NCBI GenBank assembly: GCA_001816655.1
Contig: MHCP01000015.1
Span: 6,485-70,484, forward strand
From: Candidatus Woykebacteria bacterium RBG_13_40_15
Lineage (GTDB): Bacteria; Patescibacteriota; Microgenomatia; Woykebacterales; RBG-16-39-9b
Direction of reading: 5' to 3'
DNA length: 64,000 bases
A model generated the notes under the pieces. That model searched no databases, was not told the DNA's origin, and worked only from the letters and a program-made list of their open reading frames with translations. The position numbers and the translations under genes were made by a program. Numbering within the stretch: the first letter of the stretch is position 1; the number at the start of each line of letters is the position of its first letter. Below are positions 18,823-27,800 of the stretch, piece by piece.

Positions 18823-21681
18823 TTACACTGCTGGCACTACAAGTGGGCTACCGTTTCCCCTAGGCACCCACTTCCTGCCATAATACTGCCCTTGCTCCAA
18901 GAGATAGGGAATTGTTCCCCCAACTATCTTTATCTCCTCGTTGGTCCATCTACCCTCAATGTCTAAGAGAACCTTCTCGGGACTCGTTCTCCCAAAATTG
19001 AGAGCTGCGGCTCCAAGCAACGGCTGGACAACTTCCTTCGCAACCGTCTGTATATCCTCCCACTCTTCAAACGTACCGTCCATGATCTTCCCTGCGATCA
19101 AACCCTGTGCCTTTTCCGGGCTCTGCTGGTAGTAGTTGAAGCCAAGGACCTTGGCCAAGCGGCTCTGAGCTAGGAAACTAGCCGATTGTTTAGGGAGCCT
19201 GATCACATGGAATCTCTTTGCTTGCTGTACCTTTGGATCGTGGATGCTTAGCCCCCGACGATATGCCCCTTCCAGCAAACGAAGCGCCATTGGAAGGCTG
19301 GCTTGCTTAAGCTCGCCATCATTGCCATTGGCCAACTCTATCAGCACAGCATCTGCGAAATCGTCGGCTACCTCAAGCCTTTTTGCAGCGAAGTTGCGCC
19401 AGTCCGGCCGACCATCTCCCTCAAGCCATGGCTGTCCTGCCAAATCCGCTCGGTATCCTTTACGGAGATCGGTTTCCCCCATGTCCTCATTTTCTTGGGC
19501 TTGCCTATCTATCAGGGCTTGCTTAGGAGCGAGTGGCTGTCTATTCCACATGAGTAACAGCATATTCCCAAATTGGGTGTAGCTGGGTCTAGCTGGGTCG
19601 TTGCTGGTCCAGCGACTAAACCGGACATTTTCTTCCGACCCAAAAGCCATGGGCGAGCGGAATCTCTGGTTCGTTTTATCCACGAGGGACATGAATACAA
19701 TCCCATCGTAGGTTTCCCACAGCCATTTGGGATCGTCCGTAGCCAGGTCTATTTTCTGGAGGGCCCAGAGGAACTCGTTGGGGTAGTTCATTACCTTCGC
19801 CAAATCTCTGTCCACCCCAGTTGCACCTCGGGGTGGAAGAACCCCCCAAATCGCTTGGCCGCAATAGCTCCAGATCATCTCCAAACCCGACTGAAAAGCC
19901 AAGTGAGCATCAAAGATCTCCCTAGCTAGGGAGTTTCCGTGGTCTCTTTCCTCAAAGGGATCCTTCATCATCCAGTAGGGACCGAGGATCCTTTCTCTCA
20001 CAGCCTGGATCGTCTCTTCCTCCGTCGGCGCTCTGTTGTCGTGGCCTTCTTTCCACCCCGCTAACCAGCGCGGACCGAGATACTCTAACCGCTCCTCTTG
20101 GCTCCTTCCGCTCACCTCTTCGGCGAGCTTGTAGAGCCGCATGAAACGATCGTTGTACTTCCACTCAAGTGGCGGCCGTGGCCCTCCAGCGTCATTGTCG
20201 CACGCTTGGGCGTTCACTGCTTCAGTAAGGCCTCCCTGACCACGCTTTGTACGCATGCTCCTCGCCATCTGCCAGGCTCTAATGATTCGGACGATGTCGC
20301 GCAAGACCTCGAAAGGCGCGGCGAACATCTTCATTGCCTCCCAATTCAACCCATCCGGGGTAAGGACCGGAGGCTCAATCAGGTGGAAGTAAAAGCCAAC
20401 CAGTGTCCATAGCTTGTCGGCCTTTTGCTCCCAGGTAACGGCTTGTATGTTCCAGACTGATTGCCAGATCTTCCTGAGCTGGTTTAGCTCCGTTAGGTTC
20501 ATCCAGTCGTATTCCTCATTGAGAAGATTCTCGAAGCCGCCCTGAACAGGAAGACAACTTAGGGCAGCCCTGACCGGATCAACCTCTAGGGCATCGAAGT
20601 CTGCTTCTGGGCCCGCCCCACTCTCTTGGAACTTTGTTCGTTCCTGTTCCTTTATCTTCTGCAGGCCTTCGTAGACCTGCCGAGCAGTAACAAACTCCAA
20701 TGCCACCTCAAGGTGAACGCGGTAGTAAAGCGCCCCCTCGGTTTCCAGCCAGCCGGGTACGCAAAGCTTGCCCCCTATTTTCATAAATGGCAGGGGCGGT
20801 GGAACATCCTCAGTCTCTGGATCGTACCGCTCTTTGATTAGAGAGGGGTCCCGAAGAGCTCTGAGGAGGTCGAAATCCAAAGAGTCCCCTGTGACTGGAT
20901 TGGCGTAGCCTCTGTAGCAGTAGGGGACATACGTCTTCTCCTTAGGCCGCCTTTCCACGCTAGCAGGGTCTCTGCGGTAGTCCTCGATTAGCTTCCACCT
21001 CCTCTCCAACTCCTCGTTGTACCGCTTTTCCAACCGGGCCTTTGGCACCATGTGGAACGGTTGGCGAGGGCTTTGGGAGTAGGCCTCTTCTATAATCGGG
21101 GTCAGGACCCAGTAGCGAACTCGCTGAATTTCACCTAGGAATTTGTAGGTTTCGTCTCCGAGAGAGAACGTGTGGAATTTTCTATATGCCTTTCTCTCCC
21201 TACTGCCCTCCTCTCCACTCTGGAGACGTTTTTCGTAGTGCTCCCCCCATCTCTCCTGATGGGTAGCGAAGGCCCCCCTCATTCCCTCTGGCAAGTGGCC
21301 CAAGAACATCGGCTCGCCCTTCACCATACGGTAGATGTTGCCTTTATCATCCAGAAGGACGTGGGCTTTTTTTCCCTTCTTAGGCGACCACTCAAGGTCC
21401 AGCCTTTTGTACAAACTTTCCAGATCCTGTGGCTTCGTGGTCCTCCACATCCATACCGGCACGTAGATTCGGATCCCCTTCTGTGAGAAGAACTCCAGTA
21501 GCCTGTCGATTATCCTTGTCGTTATGGCTTGAAGTAGTGCCCACTCAGAGCTGAAGGGAAACCTTCTGCCTCCCGCATAGTCTTCGTCCTGCAACCAAGT
21601 CCTGTCGGTTACCCGAACACCGCTTGTGGCAGCTTGTTCCTCTTCCTCTTCTTGAAAGTCCGTGTCGTTCATCATTGTCAT
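18823..21681 (-). CDS. large hypothetical protein (952 aa) in GC-rich island 1
   Basis: Long uninterrupted ORF. Local GC is markedly higher than flanks. No recognisable catalytic motif by eye. Acidic N-terminus, Trp-rich. Confidence 0.6.
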   Translation of the reverse strand: MTMMNDTDFQEEEEEQAATSGVRVTDRTWLQDEDYAGGRRFPFSSEWALLQAITTRIIDRLLEFFSQKGIRIYVPVWMWRTTKPQDLESLYKRLDLEWSPKKGKKAHVLLDDKGNIYRMVKGEPMFLGHLPEGMRGAFATHQERWGEHYEKRLQSGEEGSRERKAYRKFHTFSLGDETYKFLGEIQRVRYWVLTPIIEEAYSQSPRQPFHMVPKARLEKRYNEELERRWKLIEDYRRDPASVERRPKEKTYVPYCYRGYANPVTGDSLDFDLLRALRDPSLIKERYDPETEDVPPPLPFMKIGGKLCVPGWLETEGALYYRVHLEVALEFVTARQVYEGLQKIKEQERTKFQESGAGPEADFDALEVDPVRAALSCLPVQGGFENLLNEEYDWMNLTELNQLRKIWQSVWNIQAVTWEQKADKLWTLVGFYFHLIEPPVLTPDGLNWEAMKMFAAPFEVLRDIVRIIRAWQMARSMRTKRGQGGLTEAVNAQACDNDAGGPRPPLEWKYNDRFMRLYKLAEEVSGRSQEERLEYLGPRWLAGWKEGHDNRAPTEEETIQAVRERILGPYWMMKDPFEERDHGNSLAREIFDAHLAFQSGLEMIWSYCGQAIWGVLPPRGATGVDRDLAKVMNYPNEFLWALQKIDLATDDPKWLWETYDGIVFMSLVDKTNQRFRSPMAFGSEENVRFSRWTSNDPARPSYTQFGNMLLLMWNRQPLAPKQALIDRQAQENEDMGETDLRKGYRADLAGQPWLEGDGRPDWRNFAAKRLEVADDFADAVLIELANGNDGELKQASLPMALRLLEGAYRRGLSIHDPKVQQAKRFHVIRLPKQSASFLAQSRLAKVLGFNYYQQSPEKAQGLIAGKIMDGTFEEWEDIQTVAKEVVQPLLGAAALNFGRTSPEKVLLDIEGRWTNEEIKIVGGTIPYLLEQGQYYGRKWVPRGNGSPLVVPAV

Positions 21682-21972
21682 TTGTCGTTCTCCTTGGTGT
21701 GTTTTAATGCCGCTTTCGCAGCTTCTTTAAGTGGTTGTATTCAAACTCCGCTTGACGCGATGCGTCTGCGGAAGGGAATTGAATCAAACCCACTTGGTGA
21801 AGCGCAAAAAGCAGCTCACACCAAGGGGTGTCTACCCGCCGGCCGGCGGGCAAGCATCCCTTGGTGTTTTTCACCAAGAAGCTATACCGAATTAAGAATT
21901 TATAATTCAGAATGCAGAATTTCTCCTTCTTTATTTTCGAATATTTACTTTTTAAAGTTCTACAAAAAGATA

Positions 21973-22003
21973 AGCGGGCTCTAGGTATTTCCCAGAGCCC
22001 GCT
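21973..22003. repeat. boundary hairpin AGCGGGCTCT-loop-AGAGCCCGCT (island 1)
   Basis: 10-bp stem with 11-nt loop. Near-identical to the hairpin at 47434-47464. Confidence 0.6.
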
Positions 22004-22364
22004 TCACCACCAGCCACCGGCTGATGTCTCGCCATTACGGCGAGATCTGCTCTGGGCTTTTCTCAATGATTAATTTGAAGCTAAATTTCATTTTAAATTT
22101 CCTCGTGCTTATTCTAGCACAAATCGTTGAGTTTGTCAAACCTATAGTCACTCGACTACATCTCGCGCCTGTTTCTCTGCGAGATATAATACGCAAGTAT
22201 TACCTGCCCGACGCTAAAGCTTTGGCAGGCGGGCATTCTGCGTATTGTTTCCTTGCAGGATATAATAATCCGTCTCCTTTACTTTATTTTTGATCTATTT
22301 TGAACTGGTTGCTTTTACCAACCAAATAGTCAATAATAGTGGGCGAAGAAGAGGGACGATATTA

Positions 22365-22395
22365 CAGTAAGCAGAAAGCAGTAAGCAGTAAGCGG
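22365..22395. repeat. CAGTAAGC/CAGAAAGC short tandem repeat block
   Basis: cagtaagcagaaagcagtaagcagtaagcgg. Related motif at 22828-22870 and at 44501-44523. Confidence 0.6.
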
Positions 22396-22415
22396 GTTGG
22401 AACTAAAAATCAACT

Positions 22416-22847
22416 TTGCTAGCTGCTACAAGTTTTCTACAAAGTGCCTCGGCAGAGAGCAGAAAGCAGATGCCCAACAGTTCGAGTTTCGAAAAAATAA
22501 AGGCTTGGCAAAAAGGTCATCTATTAGCCTTGGAGGTTTACAAAGTTACCAAGTCGTTTCCGCGGGAAGAGGCTTTCGGTCTAACATCTCAGTTACAACG
22601 TGCTGCAATATCCGTCCCCACCAACATAGCAGAAGGTTACGCAAGACAAAATAATAAGGTCTTTGGAACATTTTTAGATACGGCTTACGCGTCGCTAGTT
22701 GAAATTAAGTATTTATTAAAGTTTTCTGCAGAGGTTGGTTATATTTCGAAACAAAATTTTATTAAATTAGAATCTTTAGCTGACGAGGTCGGCAAGGTTC
22801 TTTGGAAATTTATGAAGGAGGTAAAATCAGTAAGCAGTAATCGGTAA
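22416..22847 (+). CDS. four-helix-bundle protein (23S rRNA intervening-sequence protein / Avd-like family)
   Basis: 143 aa. Pattern KIKAWQKGHLLALEVYKVTKSFPREEAFGLTSQLQRAAISVPTNIAEGYAR is characteristic of the PF05635-type four-helix-bundle family, which includes DGR Avd. Confidence 0.6.
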   Translation: MLAATSFLQSASAESRKQMPNSSSFEKIKAWQKGHLLALEVYKVTKSFPREEAFGLTSQLQRAAISVPTNIAEGYARQNNKVFGTFLDTAYASLVEIKYLLKFSAEVGYISKQNFIKLESLADEVGKVLWKFMKEVKSVSSNR

Positions 22848-22934
22848 GCCTAATTGGAAAGCAGAAAGCAAACGCTAATTGTTATCTGCTAACTAACGGG
22901 TGCTAACTGTTCAACTGCTAACTGCTAACTGACT
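22828..22934. repeat. short tandem repeats: CAGTAAGC-like followed by four copies of GCTAACT
   Basis: cagtaagcagtaatcggtaagcc...gaaagcagaaagc, then gctaact at 22888, 22902, 22917 and 22924. GCTAACT approximates the reverse complement of AGTAAGC. Confidence 0.6.
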
Positions 22935-23459
22935 GTGCAGCAGCATCCTGTACCGCAAAACATAACTGGCTTTGAGTTTAAACTGATTGGCTTTCTGACT
23001 ATAAAGCAGTTTGCTTATTTGGCGGGGGCTTCTATCCTCTCTTTTGCTTGCTATTTTATATTGCCCGGCCTTTTGCGTTGGATGATTATCTTACCAGTTA
23101 TGGCGGCGGGAAGTGCTTTTGCCTTTCTGTCCCTAAACGGTATGTCTTTCGACAAATGGATCATTGCCTTTATCCGATTGATAAGCAACCCCCAGATAAG
23201 AGTTTGGAGAAAAACACCTAAGGTTATTAGCTTTCTAGCCCCAGAATTTTCCTACTATTTACGCCGAGGAGTAGAAGCGGCACAACCCACTCAAGCACCA
23301 AGCAAAGATCGTCTTAAACTCTTTGTTAGCCAACTTCAGGAACAAAAGCCAGAGGATCAGTTGGACGTTTTTGAAAAAAGCCGGCTCTCAAAGTTAAATT
23401 TTGCTGCCCGAGAGACTCCCCAAACACCTATACCGGACCAGGAAGGAGTGGCCCCTTAG
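22935..23459 (+). CDS. small two-TM membrane protein, possible VirB3-like T4SS component
   Basis: 174 aa with two adjacent TM helices near the N-terminus. Its position in the T4SS locus fits VirB3 or a VirB3-like protein. Confidence 0.3.
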   Translation: MQQHPVPQNITGFEFKLIGFLTIKQFAYLAGASILSFACYFILPGLLRWMIILPVMAAGSAFAFLSLNGMSFDKWIIAFIRLISNPQIRVWRKTPKVISFLAPEFSYYLRRGVEAAQPTQAPSKDRLKLFVSQLQEQKPEDQLDVFEKSRLSKLNFAARETPQTPIPDQEGVAP

Positions 23460-25262
23460 ATGACTGATATAACTGTCCCTCTAACAAGGGTCGGTAACCT
23501 TACTTCTGATCTACCGGAAAAAGCACCACCCTACCCAGGGGAAGCCCTCGCGGGAAGGTCTCCAAAGAGATTAGTCGAGGAGCAAAAAACAGGAGACTTG
23601 AAACTAGCATCCGCAACGCCTTTTAAACCAGTCGCTTCGATAAATTATCCGGAGAAAAATATTTACGTCGCGCCGCTTAATAATGTTCAGCCTAGCCGTG
23701 GCTTGAACCCAGTTGGTAGCCGAGGAGTGGTTTCCTTACCTATTCAGGGCGAGAGGGTTTTTGAAATCGAGGACGCAATCAGAAAGCCTGTTGAAGCACG
23801 TATCGAAAAACTTTTATCCCAATACGAGTCTCCACCCGTGGAGCAGGTAAAACCTCTACTCCCCCCACAAGGGCCTCCTCCTGTAGGAACGGGGGAAACA
23901 ACTGAGCAAGCTAAGACGGAGCTAGAGAACATTAAAGAGGCGGTTCGCAACGAGCTGCTAAAAAAGGGCGGCAAAGATCAAACCTTGACACCGATCCCGT
24001 CTGGGACGCCAGCAGCTACTGCCCCAGTGGCTGTTCCTTCAGCTTCGTCGCCGCAAATACAATCCCCACAAACAGCAACGATCCCAGCGGAGCAACAGCC
24101 AAGCGCGCCAAGCATTATATCTATACCTACGCCAACAGCGCCCAAGCAGGATGAAACTGAGATCCACAAACGGGTGGAGCCGCCTCAACCAGAACAGATT
24201 GTATCGCCACCAACAGAAGCGGCCAAAATTGGGCCTCCTACAACTCAAACCGCCCCCTTGCAGACAACTCCACCACCAGGCGAATCGGCGACAAGTAAGC
24301 TTTTTTCGGAGGCGGAAAAATTGCAAACTGAGCTAGCTAATTTACAAAAGGAAGTTTCGGAACAAAAGTTGGGGGGAAAAGGCGAGGGAACCGCGCAAGT
24401 CGGCGCCCCTACAACCCCCTCTTCTATTCCTGTTTCTATGCCTGTTCCCAATATTGTTGTTGCTCCTACTCCTCCCCAACCTACCCCTGTAACTACCCCT
24501 CCGGCTCAAAAATCTGCTCAAGATGAACAGATTAGGAGGCTAGTTACTGAGAGGTCGGAGCTACTTAAGCAAATTAATGATCTTAGCAGCAAGCTTCAGG
24601 ACGAGAAAACCCAAAAACAGACTGCGCAAGAGGATGCAGACTCATTTCGGAAAAAAACCAGCACCTTGGAGAAGGAAAAGGCCGATATTTTAGGGCAAAG
24701 CGAGGCTATTAAAGCAGACTTAGTGAAAAACCAGCAGGTCCCTACTTCAACGGAGGGCCTCCCTAAGGAAATAGAAAATCTACGCTCCCGCCTTTTAGTG
24801 GCTGAGCAAGCGAAAAAGGTAGACGAAGAAAAAATAAACCAACTAGAAGATTTAATTGCTGGGGCAAAGCAAATACCGCAAGGAAAAGTCGATCTAGTTG
24901 AACCGGAAAAAGCTAAGAGTGTAGAAACTTTATCTAAGCAGGGTGTAGTTAAAGTTGTTAAACCCGACCTTGCAGTTGGGAAAATGGCTCCTTCGTTGAC
25001 AAGCGCCCCCAATGTAATAAATGGCATCGTTCGGGACAAGGGGGGATTGCTTCTTTCAAATGTAATTATAGTCGTAAAGGATAGTACGGGCGACCCGGTA
25101 AGGGCCTTGAAGACGAATAAGATTGGTCAGTTTGCAATTTCGACGCCCCTACCAAATGGCACATATATTATGGAGCTAGAATCGACAACTAATAATTTTA
25201 ATAATATTCAGGTGGAACTCAAAGGCGAGGTATTGCCACCAATAGAGATAAAGGCTACCTAA
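23460..25262 (+). CDS. Pro/Gln-rich coiled-coil protein with C-terminal carboxypeptidase-regulatory-like beta-sandwich
   Basis: Long low-complexity Pro-rich region, coiled coil, and C-terminal GIVRDKGGLLLSNVIIVVKDSTGDPV...GQFAISTPLPNGTYIM. Possible envelope-spanning T4SS scaffold. Confidence 0.35.
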   Translation: MTDITVPLTRVGNLTSDLPEKAPPYPGEALAGRSPKRLVEEQKTGDLKLASATPFKPVASINYPEKNIYVAPLNNVQPSRGLNPVGSRGVVSLPIQGERVFEIEDAIRKPVEARIEKLLSQYESPPVEQVKPLLPPQGPPPVGTGETTEQAKTELENIKEAVRNELLKKGGKDQTLTPIPSGTPAATAPVAVPSASSPQIQSPQTATIPAEQQPSAPSIISIPTPTAPKQDETEIHKRVEPPQPEQIVSPPTEAAKIGPPTTQTAPLQTTPPPGESATSKLFSEAEKLQTELANLQKEVSEQKLGGKGEGTAQVGAPTTPSSIPVSMPVPNIVVAPTPPQPTPVTTPPAQKSAQDEQIRRLVTERSELLKQINDLSSKLQDEKTQKQTAQEDADSFRKKTSTLEKEKADILGQSEAIKADLVKNQQVPTSTEGLPKEIENLRSRLLVAEQAKKVDEEKINQLEDLIAGAKQIPQGKVDLVEPEKAKSVETLSKQGVVKVVKPDLAVGKMAPSLTSAPNVINGIVRDKGGLLLSNVIIVVKDSTGDPVRALKTNKIGQFAISTPLPNGTYIMELESTTNNFNNIQVELKGEVLPPIEIKAT

Positions 25263-25982
25263 ATGGCTAAACCAAAAAGAATACCACTAACTCAAGAGCA
25301 TTTGGATATCGAAGATATTCGAGATGATGTTGTTATTCTAAAAAGTGGGACCGCGGCTGCGGTTCTCCAAACAACTGCTATTAATTTTGATTTACTGAGC
25401 GAACAGGAGCAAGATTCAGTCATTTTTGCATTTGCGGGCTTACTAAATTCTATAACCTACCCCATTCAAGTGTTGATACGCAGTAAAAGAGTTGATATTT
25501 CCAATTACATATTAAGGATCGCCGAGGCAAAGAGGAAAACCCATAATCAAAGCTTGGTCTCCCAAATTGAAAAATACGAAAACTTTATTAAGGATCTCGT
25601 ATCAAAAAACCAGGTTCTTGACAAGAGATTTTATGTAATAATCCCTTATTTTAATATTGAGCTTTCTCAATTAACTGGGGGTCTGGGATCAATTTTCCAC
25701 CCAAAGGCCGTCAAAGAGCATAAATGGGCCACTTTGGAAAAAGCGAAGGTAAATTTGGAACCAAAAGTGGAGCACCTCATAAAGCAATTTTCGCGGCTTG
25801 GGGTAAAAACTATCCGTTTAACAACCGAGGAGCTAGTTGAACTTTATTATGATCTTTACAATGCTGATATCGCGCGCGAGGAGAAAGCGGCGCTTGGAAC
25901 CAAAGAATATACGACACCAATAGTTGAGCCAAAAATTACACCCGTAGCAACTCCGCCAGCAGAGGAAGGGGTCAAACAGTAA
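25263..25982 (+). CDS. VirB4 N-terminal-domain-like protein (possible split VirB4, part 1)
   Basis: VVILKSGTAAAVLQTTAINFDLLSEQEQDSVIFAFAGLLNSITYPIQVLIRSKRVDI matches the N-terminal pattern of Gram-positive VirB4/TrsE-like ATPases. Stop lies 3 nt before the next ATG. Confidence 0.45.
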   Translation: MAKPKRIPLTQEHLDIEDIRDDVVILKSGTAAAVLQTTAINFDLLSEQEQDSVIFAFAGLLNSITYPIQVLIRSKRVDISNYILRIAEAKRKTHNQSLVSQIEKYENFIKDLVSKNQVLDKRFYVIIPYFNIELSQLTGGLGSIFHPKAVKEHKWATLEKAKVNLEPKVEHLIKQFSRLGVKTIRLTTEELVELYYDLYNADIAREEKAALGTKEYTTPIVEPKITPVATPPAEEGVKQ

Positions 25983-25985
25983 TCC

Positions 25986-27800
25986 ATGACATTTAATATT
26001 TTTGGAAAAAAACAAAAAACACAACCAGAAAATCCCAATCTACAAAGTACCCGAGACAAAACCGCGAGATTCCTTGGTACTGGAATGGTTGATGTAAAGG
26101 ATGTTATTGCACCAGCAGCAATACAGGTCGAGTTTGATCATGTAAAAATCGGCGAAACATATTTTAGAACCCTTTTAGTTGCTGGTTACCCCAGATTTAT
26201 AGGAGCTAACTGGCTTGCCCCTTTAATCAACTTTGATCACACTCTTGATCTTTCCTTTTTCTACTACCCTGTAGAAACCAGGGGTATTTTAAGCGATCTG
26301 AGACGTAAAATAGCAGAAATGGAAGCAACAATCGAATCTGATTTGGAATCTGGTAGGGTCCTTGATCCAGCCATTAGGGCCTCCCTTGAAGATGCCCAAG
26401 AGTTGCAGGAGCAGCTGGCTACTGGAATTGAAAGGTTTTTTCAGTTTTCCTTTTATATCAAAATACCCGCAAATAGTTTGGAGGAATTAAATAAAATAAC
26501 GCGGGAGGTGGAAGCTGTTGCTGGATCCTTGTTGATAATAACTAAACACGCAAGCTTGCAACAAGAGCAGGGATTTCAAAATACCTTACCTTACTTTTCC
26601 GACAAATTATTCTCAATTAGAAACATGGATACAATAAGTCTTGCCACAACCTTCCCCTTTACAAGTTCCGAATTAACGGCAGACGAGGGTGTCCTCTACG
26701 GAATAAATGAGCATAATGGATCCCTAGTTATTTTTGACCGTTTCTCGCTAGAAAATGCTAACAGTGTTGTTTTTGCAAAATCGGGAGCAGGAAAAAGCTA
26801 TCTAGTTAAGTTGGAGGCTTTGCGCTCTTTAATGTTTGGTACCGAAATAATCATCATCGACCCTGAAGATGAGTACAAAGATCTAGCGGTGACCATCGGC
26901 GGTGAATATATAAAATTCGCCCAAAATCAGCCGGCAAAAATTAACCCATTTGACCTTTCCGGAATCTATGAAGAAGGGGAGAATGAGCTTGGATTAAAGA
27001 TCTTATCCCTTCACGCTCTTTTTCGAATAATGTTAGGGGAACTTACTCCTACCGAAGATGCCATTCTTGATCGGGCCTTAATAACTACTTATAAACTCAA
27101 GGGGGTTACTCCAGATCCTGCAACACAAACTAAAGAACCTCCAATTTTGGCCGATTTATACAATGTGCTGCAGAATATGGCGGAGTCTTCAGCAAGGGAA
27201 ATGGCGCAAAGGCTGGAAAAATTCATAAAAGGCTCGCTCTCTGGTATTTTTGACCAGCCTAGTACAGTTAACTTGTCCAACTCATTCACAGTTTTCTCCA
27301 TTAGAGAGCTCGAAGACGAGCTGCGTCCTATTGCTATGTTCATTGTCCTTGATCATATCTGGACTAAGATTAAGAGGGATAGAAAAAAGAGACTTCTTGT
27401 AGTGGACGAGGCTTGGTATTTAATGAAATACCAAGATTCTGCTTCATTTATGTATTCTATGGCAAAGAGGGCTCGTAAATACAACTTGGGGGTAACAACT
27501 ATCACGCAGGATGTTGAGGATTTTTTGAACAGTGACTACGGTAAAGCAATTGTTACGAACTCTTCCATCCAAGTTTTGCTTAAGCAGAGCCCGGCTGCAA
27601 TTGATAAAATTGTTGAAGTATTTTATTTATCGGCTGGTGAAAAAAATCTTTTACTTTCGTCAGATATTGGTGAGGGGCTGTTCTTTGTAGGCCCCAATCA
27701 TGTAGCAATTAGGATCCAGGCGTCGCCTGATGAACACATGCTTTTAACACGCGGGCAGCAAACTCCCAAACCCACGGAAGAGCCGCCTAAGGCTCAATAA
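25986..27800 (+). CDS. VirB4/TraE/CagE-family conjugal-transfer ATPase (C-terminal ATPase part)
   Basis: Walker A VVFAKSGAGKSYLVK and Walker B RLLVVDEAWYLM (DEAW is typical of VirB4). 604 aa. Confidence 0.75.
   Translation: MTFNIFGKKQKTQPENPNLQSTRDKTARFLGTGMVDVKDVIAPAAIQVEFDHVKIGETYFRTLLVAGYPRFIGANWLAPLINFDHTLDLSFFYYPVETRGILSDLRRKIAEMEATIESDLESGRVLDPAIRASLEDAQELQEQLATGIERFFQFSFYIKIPANSLEELNKITREVEAVAGSLLIITKHASLQQEQGFQNTLPYFSDKLFSIRNMDTISLATTFPFTSSELTADEGVLYGINEHNGSLVIFDRFSLENANSVVFAKSGAGKSYLVKLEALRSLMFGTEIIIIDPEDEYKDLAVTIGGEYIKFAQNQPAKINPFDLSGIYEEGENELGLKILSLHALFRIMLGELTPTEDAILDRALITTYKLKGVTPDPATQTKEPPILADLYNVLQNMAESSAREMAQRLEKFIKGSLSGIFDQPSTVNLSNSFTVFSIRELEDELRPIAMFIVLDHIWTKIKRDRKKRLLVVDEAWYLMKYQDSASFMYSMAKRARKYNLGVTTITQDVEDFLNSDYGKAIVTNSSIQVLLKQSPAAIDKIVEVFYLSAGEKNLLLSSDIGEGLFFVGPNHVAIRIQASPDEHMLLTRGQQTPKPTEEPPKAQ

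Noticed and set aside
19244-21486. Several 60-118 aa plus-strand ORFs inside the 952-aa GC-rich gene
   Set aside because: High GC content inflates random ORF length. All are antisense to a single uninterrupted 2.9-kb ORF.
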